Assembly: GCA_964607485.1 (NCBI GenBank)
Contig: CAZSKP010000028.1
Span: 1-38,076, forward strand
Source of the DNA: an uncultured bacterium
GTDB lineage: Bacteria; Abyssobacteria; SURF-5
Length of the DNA: 38,076 nt
Direction: 5' to 3'
The notes beneath the pieces are model-generated. The model searched no databases. It was given only the letters and a program-made list of their open reading frames with translations, and had not been told where the DNA came from. A program made the position numbers and the translations under genes. Below, in pieces: positions 19,494-29,011 of this stretch; within the stretch, counting starts at the first letter, position 1; every line of letters starts with the position of its first letter.

Positions 19494-21230
19494 ATGAAAC
19501 ATCGGAAGAAAGGCAGGCTCAGCATCGAGCGTCGAGCGGCTGCTCCCGAGGCCGACCCGCTCCGACTCGGGACCGGATGGACGAAGGCCGACCTCGATAA
19601 GCCGTGGACGCTCATAGAATGCGCCGGAGGCGACTCGCATCCGGGTTCCGTCCACCTGCCGAGAATCGCCCAAGCGGTCAGGGACGGGATAATGGAGGCA
19701 GGCGGCGCGCCCGCCATTTACTATTGCACAGACATGTGCGACGGCATCGCCCAGGGCACCGAAGCAATGAACTACTCGCTCGCCTCGCGAGAGCTGATTG
19801 CGATGGCCTCGGAACTTCATGTGCGAACGGGCCATTTCGACTGCGCCGTCTTCATAGCGGGTTGCGACAAGAGCGTTCCCGCACACCTCATGGCCGCGGC
19901 CCGGCTGAGAATGCCGGCAATCATCATGCCCGGCGGAGTCATGCAGCCGGGGCCGTCGGAGACGACTCTCGACATGGTCGGCACGCATCACTCCGGCTTT
20001 AGGCGGCGCAAGATGACGAAGAAGGATTATCAGTTCTACTGCGACCATGCCTGCCCCACCGCCGGTTCGTGCGCTTTTTTGGGCACGGCAAACACAATGC
20101 AGATTCTCGCCGAAGCGATGGGAATGGCTCTGCCGGGCTCGGCGCTTCTGCCCCTCGGCTACATGTTACAGACAAGGATGGCGCGCCGCACTGGAAGCGC
20201 GGCGCTGGCCTTGTTCGATAAACGGATCACCGCAGAGAAGATAATCACCCAGGCGGCGCTCGAAAACGCGCTGGTCGTTCATGCCGCAATCGGTGGTTCC
20301 ACAAATGCGCTGCTGCATCTTCCCGCCATCGCGCGCGAGCTCGACCTCAAGTTTTCTCTCGAGATGGTTGCCGAAATAAACGATCGTGTCCCGTTCATAC
20401 TGAATGTCCGCCCTTCGGGCGTGCACCCGAGCAGCCTGATCTGGGCGGCGGGTGGAGTGCCCGCCATCATGTGGGAGCTCGAAGACCATCTGCACATGGA
20501 CGCGCTCACGGTCACGGGGAAAACTCTGGGCCAGAACCTCGCCGACCTGAGGAAAGACGGGTATTTCGAGACGACTCCCCGGTTCCTGGAGAACCATTCG
20601 CTGCACAAAGTCGATATTATCCGACCGATCACCGACCCTTTGGACGAAACCGGCGGATTGGCCATCCTGTGGGGCAACCTCGCCCCCGATGGAGCCGTTA
20701 TCAAACGGTCTGCCGTCGTCAAGGAAATGCTGAAATTCACAGGCCGGGCGCGTGTGTTCGACAACGCGGAGGACGCCTTGAACGCCATTTATGAGAAAGA
20801 GATTCGGCCCGGTGATGCCGTTATCACAAGATTCCAGGGACCGCGGGCCAACGGAATGCCCGAACTCGCCTACATAACGGAAGCCATTTCATCCGATAAA
20901 GCGCTCCGGAGAAGCGTCGCCTTGATAACCGACGGCAGGTTTTCCGGCGGCTCCAGAGGCCCGTGCGTCGGTCACGTCTCACCCGAGGCGGCAGACAGGG
21001 GGCCGATAGCCGTCGTTCAGGACGACGACCTGATTCTCATCGATGTCGAAGGCCGTCGGCTCGAGCTGGTCGGCATCAACGGCAAAGAACAGAGTCCGCC
21101 AAAAATCAAACAGACTTTGAAGAAGCGCCTGGCCAGGCTCCCCGAGCACCAACCCCCCAAGCGAACGGGTCTGCTCGGCCTCTACACCAAGCATTGCGCG
21201 CCCGCGCATCTGGGAGCTTACCTGAAATAA
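19494..21230 (+). CDS. IlvD/Edd-family Fe-S dehydratase (dihydroxy-acid or sugar-acid dehydratase)
   Basis: CDGIAQG, SLASRE, GCDK, CPTAGSCAFLGTANTM, GGSTN, TDGRFSG, GHVSPE. Confidence 0.9.
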   Translation: MKHRKKGRLSIERRAAAPEADPLRLGTGWTKADLDKPWTLIECAGGDSHPGSVHLPRIAQAVRDGIMEAGGAPAIYYCTDMCDGIAQGTEAMNYSLASRELIAMASELHVRTGHFDCAVFIAGCDKSVPAHLMAAARLRMPAIIMPGGVMQPGPSETTLDMVGTHHSGFRRRKMTKKDYQFYCDHACPTAGSCAFLGTANTMQILAEAMGMALPGSALLPLGYMLQTRMARRTGSAALALFDKRITAEKIITQAALENALVVHAAIGGSTNALLHLPAIARELDLKFSLEMVAEINDRVPFILNVRPSGVHPSSLIWAAGGVPAIMWELEDHLHMDALTVTGKTLGQNLADLRKDGYFETTPRFLENHSLHKVDIIRPITDPLDETGGLAILWGNLAPDGAVIKRSAVVKEMLKFTGRARVFDNAEDALNAIYEKEIRPGDAVITRFQGPRANGMPELAYITEAISSDKALRRSVALITDGRFSGGSRGPCVGHVSPEAADRGPIAVVQDDDLILIDVEGRRLELVGINGKEQSPPKIKQTLKKRLARLPEHQPPKRTGLLGLYTKHCAPAHLGAYLK

Positions 21231-21260
21231 GAATGTCAACAGACCAAAGGAGAATCCAAG

Positions 21261-22370
21261 ATGGTCGTGGCAAGGCCCGAGACGATAGAATGGGAAAACG
21301 GTCGGCTGAAGATGATCGACCAGACGAAACTGCCGACACAGCTCTTGTACATCTATTGCGATACCGTCGAAGACGTCTGGGACGCCATCAAGCAGTTGAA
21401 AGTTCGAGGCGCGCCCGCGATAGGCATTGCGGCGGCGTTCGGAGTGCTTGTTGCGCTCAGGGATTACAGGGCGGCGACCTCGGATGAGCTTATCGCGAAA
21501 GTTGACAAAGTCGCCTCCTATCTGGCGTCGGCGCGCCCCACTGCGGTCAACCTTGCGTGGGCAGTCGAACGGATGCGCTCTGTCGCGCACGAAATGAAAA
21601 ATCATGCGCCTGAACAGATCATAGAGGCGCTGACGGAAGAGGCGCTTCTCATTCACAACGAGGACCGCGACCTCTGCCAGAAGATCGGCCAGCACGGAAT
21701 GAAGCTCATTCGGTCGGGCTCGACGGTCCTGACTCACTGTAATGCCGGCGCTCTGGCCACGGGAGGCATCGGCACGGCACTGGCTCCGGTCTTCTTCGCT
21801 CATGCGGACGGGAAGAAGGTAAGCGTCATCGCCGACGAGACGCGGCCCTTGCTCCAAGGCGCCAGGCTGACCGCATGGGAGCTGATGCAGGCCGGCATAG
21901 ACGTGACCCTCATCTGCGACAACATGGCTGCGCAGGTGATGAAGGAGAAAAAAGTGGACCTCGTCATCACGGGCGCCGACCGCATCGCGGCAAACGGCGA
22001 CGTCGCGAACAAGATCGGCACGTACGGCGTCGCGGTGCTCGCCAAAGCGCACGGCATACCGTTCTACGTCGCCGCGCCTAGCTCGACATTCGACCTCTCA
22101 CTGCGCACCGGCGCGGAAATTCCGATTGAGCAGCGAAGTCCCGACGAAGTAACCGAAGGGCTGGGAAAACGCACTGCGCCCGACAACGTGAACGTCTATA
22201 ACCCCGCATTCGATGTGACACCCGCCCGTCTCGTCGCGGGCCTGATAACCGAAAAAGGAATAATACGGCCGCCTTACAGGCGCAATATCGCCGCGGCCCT
22301 CGGCGGACGTGCTCCCTCAAAGAAGCGAAAGGCATCGGCGCGGAGCGGGAAGAAACGTGGAACTCGGTGA
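21261..22370 (+). CDS. mtnA: S-methyl-5-thioribose-1-phosphate isomerase
   Basis: IDQTKLP, VRGAPAIG, ARPTAVNL, THCNAGALAT, DETRPLLQGARLTAWEL, ANKIGTY, NPAFDVTP. Confidence 0.93.
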   Translation: MVVARPETIEWENGRLKMIDQTKLPTQLLYIYCDTVEDVWDAIKQLKVRGAPAIGIAAAFGVLVALRDYRAATSDELIAKVDKVASYLASARPTAVNLAWAVERMRSVAHEMKNHAPEQIIEALTEEALLIHNEDRDLCQKIGQHGMKLIRSGSTVLTHCNAGALATGGIGTALAPVFFAHADGKKVSVIADETRPLLQGARLTAWELMQAGIDVTLICDNMAAQVMKEKKVDLVITGADRIAANGDVANKIGTYGVAVLAKAHGIPFYVAAPSSTFDLSLRTGAEIPIEQRSPDEVTEGLGKRTAPDNVNVYNPAFDVTPARLVAGLITEKGIIRPPYRRNIAAALGGRAPSKKRKASARSGKKRGTR

Positions 22371-22371
22371 C

Positions 22372-23538
22372 ATGGCCAGAGCGATTCTCATAGTGCTCGA
22401 CGGCGTCGGCTGCGGCGCTCTGCCCGACGCGCGCGAATACGGCGACGAGGACTCCAATTCGCTCGCTCACACGGCGGCGTCTTACGAGGGCTTCAAGCTT
22501 CCCAACATGGAGCGCATGGGTCTGGGCAATATCGTTCCGCTCGACGGTGTGCCCGCTGCCCCCGAGCCCACGGCCTGCTACGGCAAGATGGCCGAGCGGT
22601 CACCGGGCAAGGACACCACGACCGGCCATTGGGAAATGATGGGCGTCGTTCTCTCCGAGCCCTTCCCGGTGTTTCCAAATGGGTTCGACAGCGAGTTCAT
22701 CGAACGATTCGAGAAGGCGGTGGGCCGAGGCGTCATCGGCAACAAGCCCGCCTCGGGCACTCAGATAATAGATGAGCTTGGCCCTCGCCAGCTTCAAACC
22801 GGCGAGCTCATCGTTTACACATCGGCCGACAGCGTCTTCCAGGTAGCGGCGCACGACAGCGTCATCCCGCTCGACGAGCTGTACCGGATCTGCGAGGCCG
22901 CCCGCGCGATGCTCACCGGGCCCTACAGGGTCAGCCGCGTTATCGCCAGGCCCTACACGGGCGAGCCGGGCAGTTTTGTGAGGACGGCCGACCGCAAGGA
23001 CTTTTCCGTTGAGCCGCCATCGCCCACGCTGCTCGACAAAATTCTCGACTCCGGCATGGAGGTGCAGGGCGTCGGGAAGGTCGACAATATTTTCGCACAG
23101 CGAGGATTCACCGATTGCCGGCACGTTGGCTCAAACACGGAGGGCATTTCGGCCATCGCGGAGAAGATGCGCCGCCGGTTCGACGGGCTGTTGTTCGCCA
23201 ACCTCGTCGATTTCGACATGAAGTACGGGCATCGCAACGACGTCCAGGGCTACGCCCGCGCGCTTATGGAATTCGATGAAGCGGTTCCGGAATACATCGA
23301 CCTTTTGGCTGCGGATGAGGTATTGTTGATAACGGCCGATCACGGCAACGACCCGACGACACCCAGCACCGACCACGCCAGGGAACACGTGCCGCTGCTT
23401 GCCAAGAGGGGACGCCGACAAAAGGGGGCCGGCCTGGGTGTGCGCGAGACGTTTGCCGATGTCGGCGCGACGATAGCCGAACTGCTCAGTCTCCCGCCGC
23501 TCTCGGTCGGAAAAAGCTTTTTGGATGACATTGCTTGA
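22372..23538 (+). CDS. deoB: Phosphopentomutase
   Basis: LIVLDGVGCG, GKDTTTGHWE, YTSADSVFQ, RVIARP, NLVDFDMKYGHRND, ITADHGNDP, DHAREHVP. Confidence 0.95.
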   Translation: MARAILIVLDGVGCGALPDAREYGDEDSNSLAHTAASYEGFKLPNMERMGLGNIVPLDGVPAAPEPTACYGKMAERSPGKDTTTGHWEMMGVVLSEPFPVFPNGFDSEFIERFEKAVGRGVIGNKPASGTQIIDELGPRQLQTGELIVYTSADSVFQVAAHDSVIPLDELYRICEAARAMLTGPYRVSRVIARPYTGEPGSFVRTADRKDFSVEPPSPTLLDKILDSGMEVQGVGKVDNIFAQRGFTDCRHVGSNTEGISAIAEKMRRRFDGLLFANLVDFDMKYGHRNDVQGYARALMEFDEAVPEYIDLLAADEVLLITADHGNDPTTPSTDHAREHVPLLAKRGRRQKGAGLGVRETFADVGATIAELLSLPPLSVGKSFLDDIA

Positions 23539-23541
23539 CCA

Positions 23542-24234
23542 ATGACGAAGCAGAAACATATCGTGATCGCCATCGACGGGCCCGCAGGAGCAGGCAAGAG
23601 CACCGTGGCCAGAATGGTTGCGCGCAGGTTCTCGCTCCTGTACATCGACTCGGGCGCGATGTATCGGGCCGTCGCCTGGAAGGCGCTCAAAGAGAAGGTG
23701 GATATTGCCGACGAGTCGGCGGTCGCTGAGCTGGCGACAAACATGACGATCGAGTTGAAACCCGCCGGGGAGATAACAAGGGTATTTGCCGACGGAGAAG
23801 AGATAACCCAGGCCATCCGCACGCCGGAGGTGACCGACGCCAGCTCCAGAGTGGCCACGATAAGCGCAGTCAGGAAGACAATGGTCAAGCAACAGCAGGC
23901 GATGGCGCGCATATCGGGCGTAGTGATGGAGGGCCGCGACATCGGCACGGTGGTTTTTCCCGACACACCGTTCAAGTTTTACCTCGACGCATCCGCCGAG
24001 GAGCGCGCCCGCAGGCGGAAGAAGGACCTCGAACAAGCGGGCCATCGCGTGAAGCTTGAAGAGCTGAAGCGCGAGGTGCTCGAACGGGACGAGAGGGACA
24101 TGACAAGGTCAACGGCGCCTTTGAGAAAAGTCGAGGACGCGCTCTCCATCGATACGACCGACATGTCTATTGAGCAGGTTGTTCAGGCGATCTCCGAGCG
24201 CGTCGAGGCTCTTTGCGGGAAGGCGGTACGGTGA
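23542..24234 (+). CDS. cmk: Cytidylate kinase
   Basis: IAIDGPAGAGKST, DSGAMYR, MEGRDIGTVVFP. Confidence 0.96.
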   Translation: MTKQKHIVIAIDGPAGAGKSTVARMVARRFSLLYIDSGAMYRAVAWKALKEKVDIADESAVAELATNMTIELKPAGEITRVFADGEEITQAIRTPEVTDASSRVATISAVRKTMVKQQQAMARISGVVMEGRDIGTVVFPDTPFKFYLDASAEERARRRKKDLEQAGHRVKLEELKREVLERDERDMTRSTAPLRKVEDALSIDTTDMSIEQVVQAISERVEALCGKAVR

Positions 24235-25079
24235 TGAAGAGGGTCGTCCAGGTGGCCGACCAGGCCGGCTATTGTTTCGGCGTGCGTCGTGCCCTCGACA
24301 TGGCGAAGGAGCACCTTTCACAGAAGGACAAGAAGGTATATTCACTCGGTCCCATAATACATAACCCGCAGGTGGTGGAGGAATTTCAGAAAAAGGGGCT
24401 TACTCCCGTCGAATCCCTCGAAGAAGTTGACGAGGGCGTGCTGGTGATACGTTCTCACGGCGTGGAAAAGGGAATCCTCGAAGAGGCCCACAGAAAAGGT
24501 CTTGAGGTGGTTGACGCCACCTGTCCTTTCGTGAAGAACGCGCACAGACTGGCGCGCCAACTCTCGGAAGACGGTTATCAGTTGGTGATTGTCGGCGAGC
24601 GGTCGCATCCGGAGGTAAGAGGCATATTGAGTTATTCCGGAGAAGAGCCGATAGTGGTCAAGAATGTCGAGCAACTGAAAGGCACGGCTATCGGCCCGAA
24701 GACGGGGGTGCTCGCGCAGACCACGCAAACGCAGGAAAACTTCATAGAGGTCGTGAACGCCGTGTTGGTAGCGGCATACGAATGCCGCATTTTCAACACC
24801 ATCTGCAACGCCACCGTTTCACGCCAGACGGCCGCCGTCGAGCTCGCGAGCGCGGTAGATGTGATGTTCGTCGTAGGCGGCAAGAACAGCGCAAACACGG
24901 CCCGCCTGGCTGAGCTCTGCCGCTCCGTTAACGCCGAAACTTACCACCTCGAGACATCCGAGGAGATTACTCCCGAAATGATCCGTGGCAAGGAGCGCAT
25001 TGGAATAACCGCGGGGGCTTCCACTCCCCGCTCCCAGGTGGACGCCGTAGAAAAAGCCTTGAAGAAGATGAACAAATGA
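24234..25079 (+). CDS. ispH: 4-hydroxy-3-methylbut-2-enyl diphosphate reductase
   Basis: GYCFGVRRA, IIHN, RSHG, DATCPFV, HPEV, QTT, TICNAT, SAN, TAGASTP; TGATG overlap with cmk. Confidence 0.95.
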   Translation: MKRVVQVADQAGYCFGVRRALDMAKEHLSQKDKKVYSLGPIIHNPQVVEEFQKKGLTPVESLEEVDEGVLVIRSHGVEKGILEEAHRKGLEVVDATCPFVKNAHRLARQLSEDGYQLVIVGERSHPEVRGILSYSGEEPIVVKNVEQLKGTAIGPKTGVLAQTTQTQENFIEVVNAVLVAAYECRIFNTICNATVSRQTAAVELASAVDVMFVVGGKNSANTARLAELCRSVNAETYHLETSEEITPEMIRGKERIGITAGASTPRSQVDAVEKALKKMNK

Positions 25080-25149
25080 ATCCCGGACGGAAACAGCACA
25101 GCCCTGATTCTGGAACGATCGACGGAAACAAGAGAGAGCAGGATTGAAC

Positions 25150-26844
25150 ATGCCGGCCGAGAAAAGATGGATCGTCCCCCAGCCCGACCCGGAGCACGCC
25201 CGCGCCATCGCCGACTCGCTGGGTTGCCCGCCGGTCATGGGACAGGTGCTGTTGAATCGCGGAATAGAAACCGTGGAGGAGGCGGTTGCATTCTGCCAAC
25301 CTTCGCTCGACAGACTGCACGACCCCTTCCTGCTGGAGGACATGGACGTCGCCGTAAACAGGTTGAGGCAGGCCGTCGAGCGCCGGGAAAGTATGCTCGT
25401 GTTCGGCGACTACGACGTGGACGGCATCTCGGGCACCGCCCTGCTGGTACGCGAACTGCATGCGCTCGACTGCCCGACGTATTACTACATTCCCAATCGT
25501 CTCTCCGAGGGCTACGGACTGAACAAAGAGCAGGTGCGCAAGGCGCACGGGGAAGGCGTAAAGCTCATCATCACGGTCGACAACGGCGTATCGAGCCACG
25601 AAGAGATCGCGCTTGCCTCGAGCCTGGGCATGGATGTGATAGTGTGCGATCATCACGAGCCGGAGGGACGTCTGCCACCCGCCCTCGCGGTGCTGGACCC
25701 AAAGCGAAGCGGCTCCGCCTATCCCTTCCGCGACCTCTCCGGCGCGGGCGTCGCCCTCAAGCTTGCGAGCGCGCTGCTGGGGAGATTGCCTGAGAATCTC
25801 GACTTCGCGGCGCTGGGCACGATAGCCGACATCGTGCCCGTGGTTGACGAAAACCGAATTCTGGCGAAGGCGGGGCTGGAGATGATGAACGAGAACCGCG
25901 ACACCTATCCCGGCCTGCTGGAGTTGAGGAAGGTCGCCGGTCTCGAGGGCCGCCAGATCAACGCGGGCAACGTTTCGTTTCAGCTCGCTCCAAGGCTCAA
26001 CGCCGCAGGCAGATTCGGCGTCGGACAGCTCGGCGTGCAGCTTCTGCTCACAACCTCTCAGCCGCTGGCGCAGAGGATCGCGAGAAAGCTGGATGAGGAG
26101 AACAGAAACCGCCAGGCTCTCGAAGAGGAGATACTGAATCAGGCTCTCGCCAAGCTGGAGAAAGAGTTCGACCCGCGCCGCGATTTCTCGATTGTGCTCT
26201 TCGACAGCCGGTGGCATCCGGGGGTAATCGGAATCGTCGCCTCAAAGCTCGTGGAATTGTACCATCGTCCCACCATACTCATCGCGCTCGGCGAGCAGCT
26301 TGGAAAGGGCTCCGCCAGAAGCATCCACAATTTTCACATATATGACGCCCTGAGCAAATGTCAGGAGCATCTGGTGGGCTTCGGGGGACACAGGTACGCC
26401 GCCGGCCTCACGATTGAACCCGCGAAGCTGGAGGCCTGTCGCACATCGTTCGAACGGATTTGCAGGGAACAGCTCATAGAAGACGACCTGCGTCCGGCCA
26501 TCAGGGTCGATGCGAACCTGCAACTTTCCGAAATTACGGGAAAGCTGCTCGAAGACCTTGAGCGGCTTGCTCCTTACGGAAACGCCAATCCCATCCCCAC
26601 GTTCGCATCGCTCGGAGTCTCGGTGGCGGGCGGGGTGCGGGTTGTGCGGGGCGACCATTTGAAGTTCGCCGTGCGCCAGGACGGCAAGATGTTGCCCGTG
26701 ATAGGATTCAAGATGGCGGAATACGAGAGTATGCTGGCCGACCGTCCCCTCATAGATATTGTATACAGCCTCCAACTGAACACGTACAAGGGGACCACCT
26801 CCATTCAGCTCTCTCTGCGTGACGTACGACCCCATCGCGGTTGA
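25150..26844 (+). CDS. recJ: Single-stranded-DNA-specific exonuclease RecJ
   Basis: GDYDVDG, ITVDNG, DHH, GTIADIV, PRLNAAGR, GSARS, GGH. Alternative start TTG 25144. Confidence 0.95.
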   Translation: MPAEKRWIVPQPDPEHARAIADSLGCPPVMGQVLLNRGIETVEEAVAFCQPSLDRLHDPFLLEDMDVAVNRLRQAVERRESMLVFGDYDVDGISGTALLVRELHALDCPTYYYIPNRLSEGYGLNKEQVRKAHGEGVKLIITVDNGVSSHEEIALASSLGMDVIVCDHHEPEGRLPPALAVLDPKRSGSAYPFRDLSGAGVALKLASALLGRLPENLDFAALGTIADIVPVVDENRILAKAGLEMMNENRDTYPGLLELRKVAGLEGRQINAGNVSFQLAPRLNAAGRFGVGQLGVQLLLTTSQPLAQRIARKLDEENRNRQALEEEILNQALAKLEKEFDPRRDFSIVLFDSRWHPGVIGIVASKLVELYHRPTILIALGEQLGKGSARSIHNFHIYDALSKCQEHLVGFGGHRYAAGLTIEPAKLEACRTSFERICREQLIEDDLRPAIRVDANLQLSEITGKLLEDLERLAPYGNANPIPTFASLGVSVAGGVRVVRGDHLKFAVRQDGKMLPVIGFKMAEYESMLADRPLIDIVYSLQLNTYKGTTSIQLSLRDVRPHRG

Positions 26845-26899
26845 TTTCCGCGCACACCGTACGATGACGGTTCCCGCCTATGGAACGTCTCCGATTGCT

Positions 26900-26928
26900 T
26901 TGACACGATGTGGGCAAAGGTGTATCAT
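26900..26928 (+). promoter_or_regulatory. Sigma-70 promoter for rel
   Basis: TTGACA, 17 nt, TATCAT. Confidence 0.75.
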
Positions 26929-26975
26929 GAAATCAGCGGCAGGTTTATCACGAGAGATTCACGGATGTTCTTGAT

Positions 26976-28955
26976 ATGAGCGAATTGACGGACCTTCTGA
27001 AACAGATAAAGAAGTATAACCGCAAGGCCGACCTCAAGCTCGTCGAACGCGCATATGCATACGCCTCGGAGGCGCATGCCGGCCAGATGCGTCTTTCGGG
27101 TGACCCCTTCCTGAGCCACTGCATGAAGGCGGCGGAGATTCTGACCGACCTTCACCTCGACACGACGACCATCGCCGCAGGGTTGTTGCACGACGTTCTC
27201 GAGGACACGTCCCGCACGAAGGAGGAACTGGAGGAGCAGTTCGGCAAGGAGCTCGCGAACGTCGTCGAGGGCGTGACCCAGATGGGTCGGCTCAAGTTCA
27301 AAGACAGCGAAGAATACCAGGCAGAGAACATCCGGAAGATGCTCATCGCGACGGCCAAGGACATCCGCGTGATTCTGATCAAGCTGGCCGACCGGCTGCA
27401 CAACATGCAGACCCTCAAATATTTGCCCGAGGAAAAGATTCGATCGATCTCAACGGAAACTCTCCAGATATACGCCCCGCTGGCGCATCGGCTGGGAATC
27501 GCGAAGATCCGGTCCGAACTCGAAGACCTCTCCCTCCGGCACCTTCACCCGGAGATTTATTACGAGCTTGTCAGCAAGGTGGCCGAAAAGAAGGCCCAGC
27601 GCGAAAAAGAGATTCAGCAATTCTGTGCCTTGCTGAAGACCGAGCTGAGGAAGGCGGGGATAAAGGCCGACGTGACCGGCAGGCCGAAGCATTTTTACAG
27701 CATTTACCGCAAGATGATAAGCCAGCGCAAGAATTTCGACGAGATATTCGACCTGAGGGCATTGCGAATAATCACCAAGAATCTGCGCGACTGCTACGGA
27801 GCGCTGGGGATAGTGCACACCCTGTGGACCCCGGTGCCGGGAAGGTTCAAAGACTACACGGCAATGCCCAAGATGAACATGTATCAGTCGCTCCATACAA
27901 CCGTGCTGGGAAACAAGGGCGAACGAATAGAGGTTCAGATACGCACGGAGGAGATGCATCGGACCGCCGAGAACGGAATTGCCGCACATTGGCTGTACAA
28001 GGAGATTGGCGAGGAATCTGTCGAGCGGTTCGATGAGAGGCTGCTCTGGCTGCGGCAACTGCTCGAATGGCTGCAGGACCTCAAGGACCCGAAAGAGTTC
28101 ATGGAAAGCCTGAAAATAGACCTGTTCTCGGGAGATGTGTACGTGTTTACTCCCAAGGGAAAGGTCATAGAACTCACGGCCGGCTCGACGCCCGTGGATT
28201 TCGCGTACGCCATTCACTCCGACATCGGCAGCCAGTGCAGAGCCGCGAAGGTGAATGGCCGAATGGTTCCGCTCAAATATCGCCTCAAGCAGGGCGACGT
28301 CGTCGAGATAATGACCTCGAAGAAACAGACGCCCCGGCGCGACTGGCTCGAATTCGTGCAAACAACCCGCGCGCGGAGCAAGATACGGCACTGGTTGAAG
28401 GTGCAAGAAGAAGCCGAGAGCGACAAGCGTGCGGAAGAGAAGGAGGAACGTCCCCGCGTCCAGAAGCCGCAAGAGACGCCCCGGCGAATCCCCGAGAGGG
28501 AGGGCCCCGGCGTGGGCGTGGCCGGCGTGGCCAACCTGATGGTCCGCTACGCAAAGTGCTGCAATCCCCTGCCGGGCGACAAAATCATCGGTTACATCAC
28601 GCGCTCTCGCGGCCTTTCCATCCACAGGGAGGGTTGTCCTAACCTCGTGATCGACGACCCCGCCCGTCTTCTGACCGTAGACTGGGACGGCAAGGGCCAG
28701 ACCACGTATCCGGCCGGCATCAGGGTCAAAGCCGCCGACAGGCCGAACATGCTCGCCGACATGCTCGCCTCAATAAGGGAGCTGAACGTGAACATCGCGT
28801 CGATGAACGCCTATGGTCGCAAGGACAGCACGGCTGTCTTCGACTTCGTAATAGACGTGACCGATCAGAGTCAGCTCAACGCCATCATCTACGCCATCCG
28901 AAAGGTTGACGGCGTGTACAGCGTCAAACGCAGCCCGCCGAAAGACAGTGCATGA
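26976..28955 (+). CDS. rel: Long bifunctional RelA/SpoT homologue, (p)ppGpp synthetase/hydrolase
   Basis: Hydrolase LLHDVLEDT and DRLHNM; synthetase GRPKH, RFKDY, YQSLHT, EVQIRT; TGS TPVDFAYAIH; zinc finger KCCNP/IHREGC; ACT domain. Confidence 0.95.
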   Translation: MSELTDLLKQIKKYNRKADLKLVERAYAYASEAHAGQMRLSGDPFLSHCMKAAEILTDLHLDTTTIAAGLLHDVLEDTSRTKEELEEQFGKELANVVEGVTQMGRLKFKDSEEYQAENIRKMLIATAKDIRVILIKLADRLHNMQTLKYLPEEKIRSISTETLQIYAPLAHRLGIAKIRSELEDLSLRHLHPEIYYELVSKVAEKKAQREKEIQQFCALLKTELRKAGIKADVTGRPKHFYSIYRKMISQRKNFDEIFDLRALRIITKNLRDCYGALGIVHTLWTPVPGRFKDYTAMPKMNMYQSLHTTVLGNKGERIEVQIRTEEMHRTAENGIAAHWLYKEIGEESVERFDERLLWLRQLLEWLQDLKDPKEFMESLKIDLFSGDVYVFTPKGKVIELTAGSTPVDFAYAIHSDIGSQCRAAKVNGRMVPLKYRLKQGDVVEIMTSKKQTPRRDWLEFVQTTRARSKIRHWLKVQEEAESDKRAEEKEERPRVQKPQETPRRIPEREGPGVGVAGVANLMVRYAKCCNPLPGDKIIGYITRSRGLSIHREGCPNLVIDDPARLLTVDWDGKGQTTYPAGIRVKAADRPNMLADMLASIRELNVNIASMNAYGRKDSTAVFDFVIDVTDQSQLNAIIYAIRKVDGVYSVKRSPPKDSA

Positions 28956-29011
28956 AGTAAGCACCGCCCAACCGATTTCGAGTGATTTGCCGCTGGTTAT
29001 CCGCCCGCGTC

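Noticed and set aside
24967..28625. Long minus-strand ORFs (416 aa and 391 aa) opposite recJ and rel
   Set aside because: Antisense shadow frames of well-supported genes.
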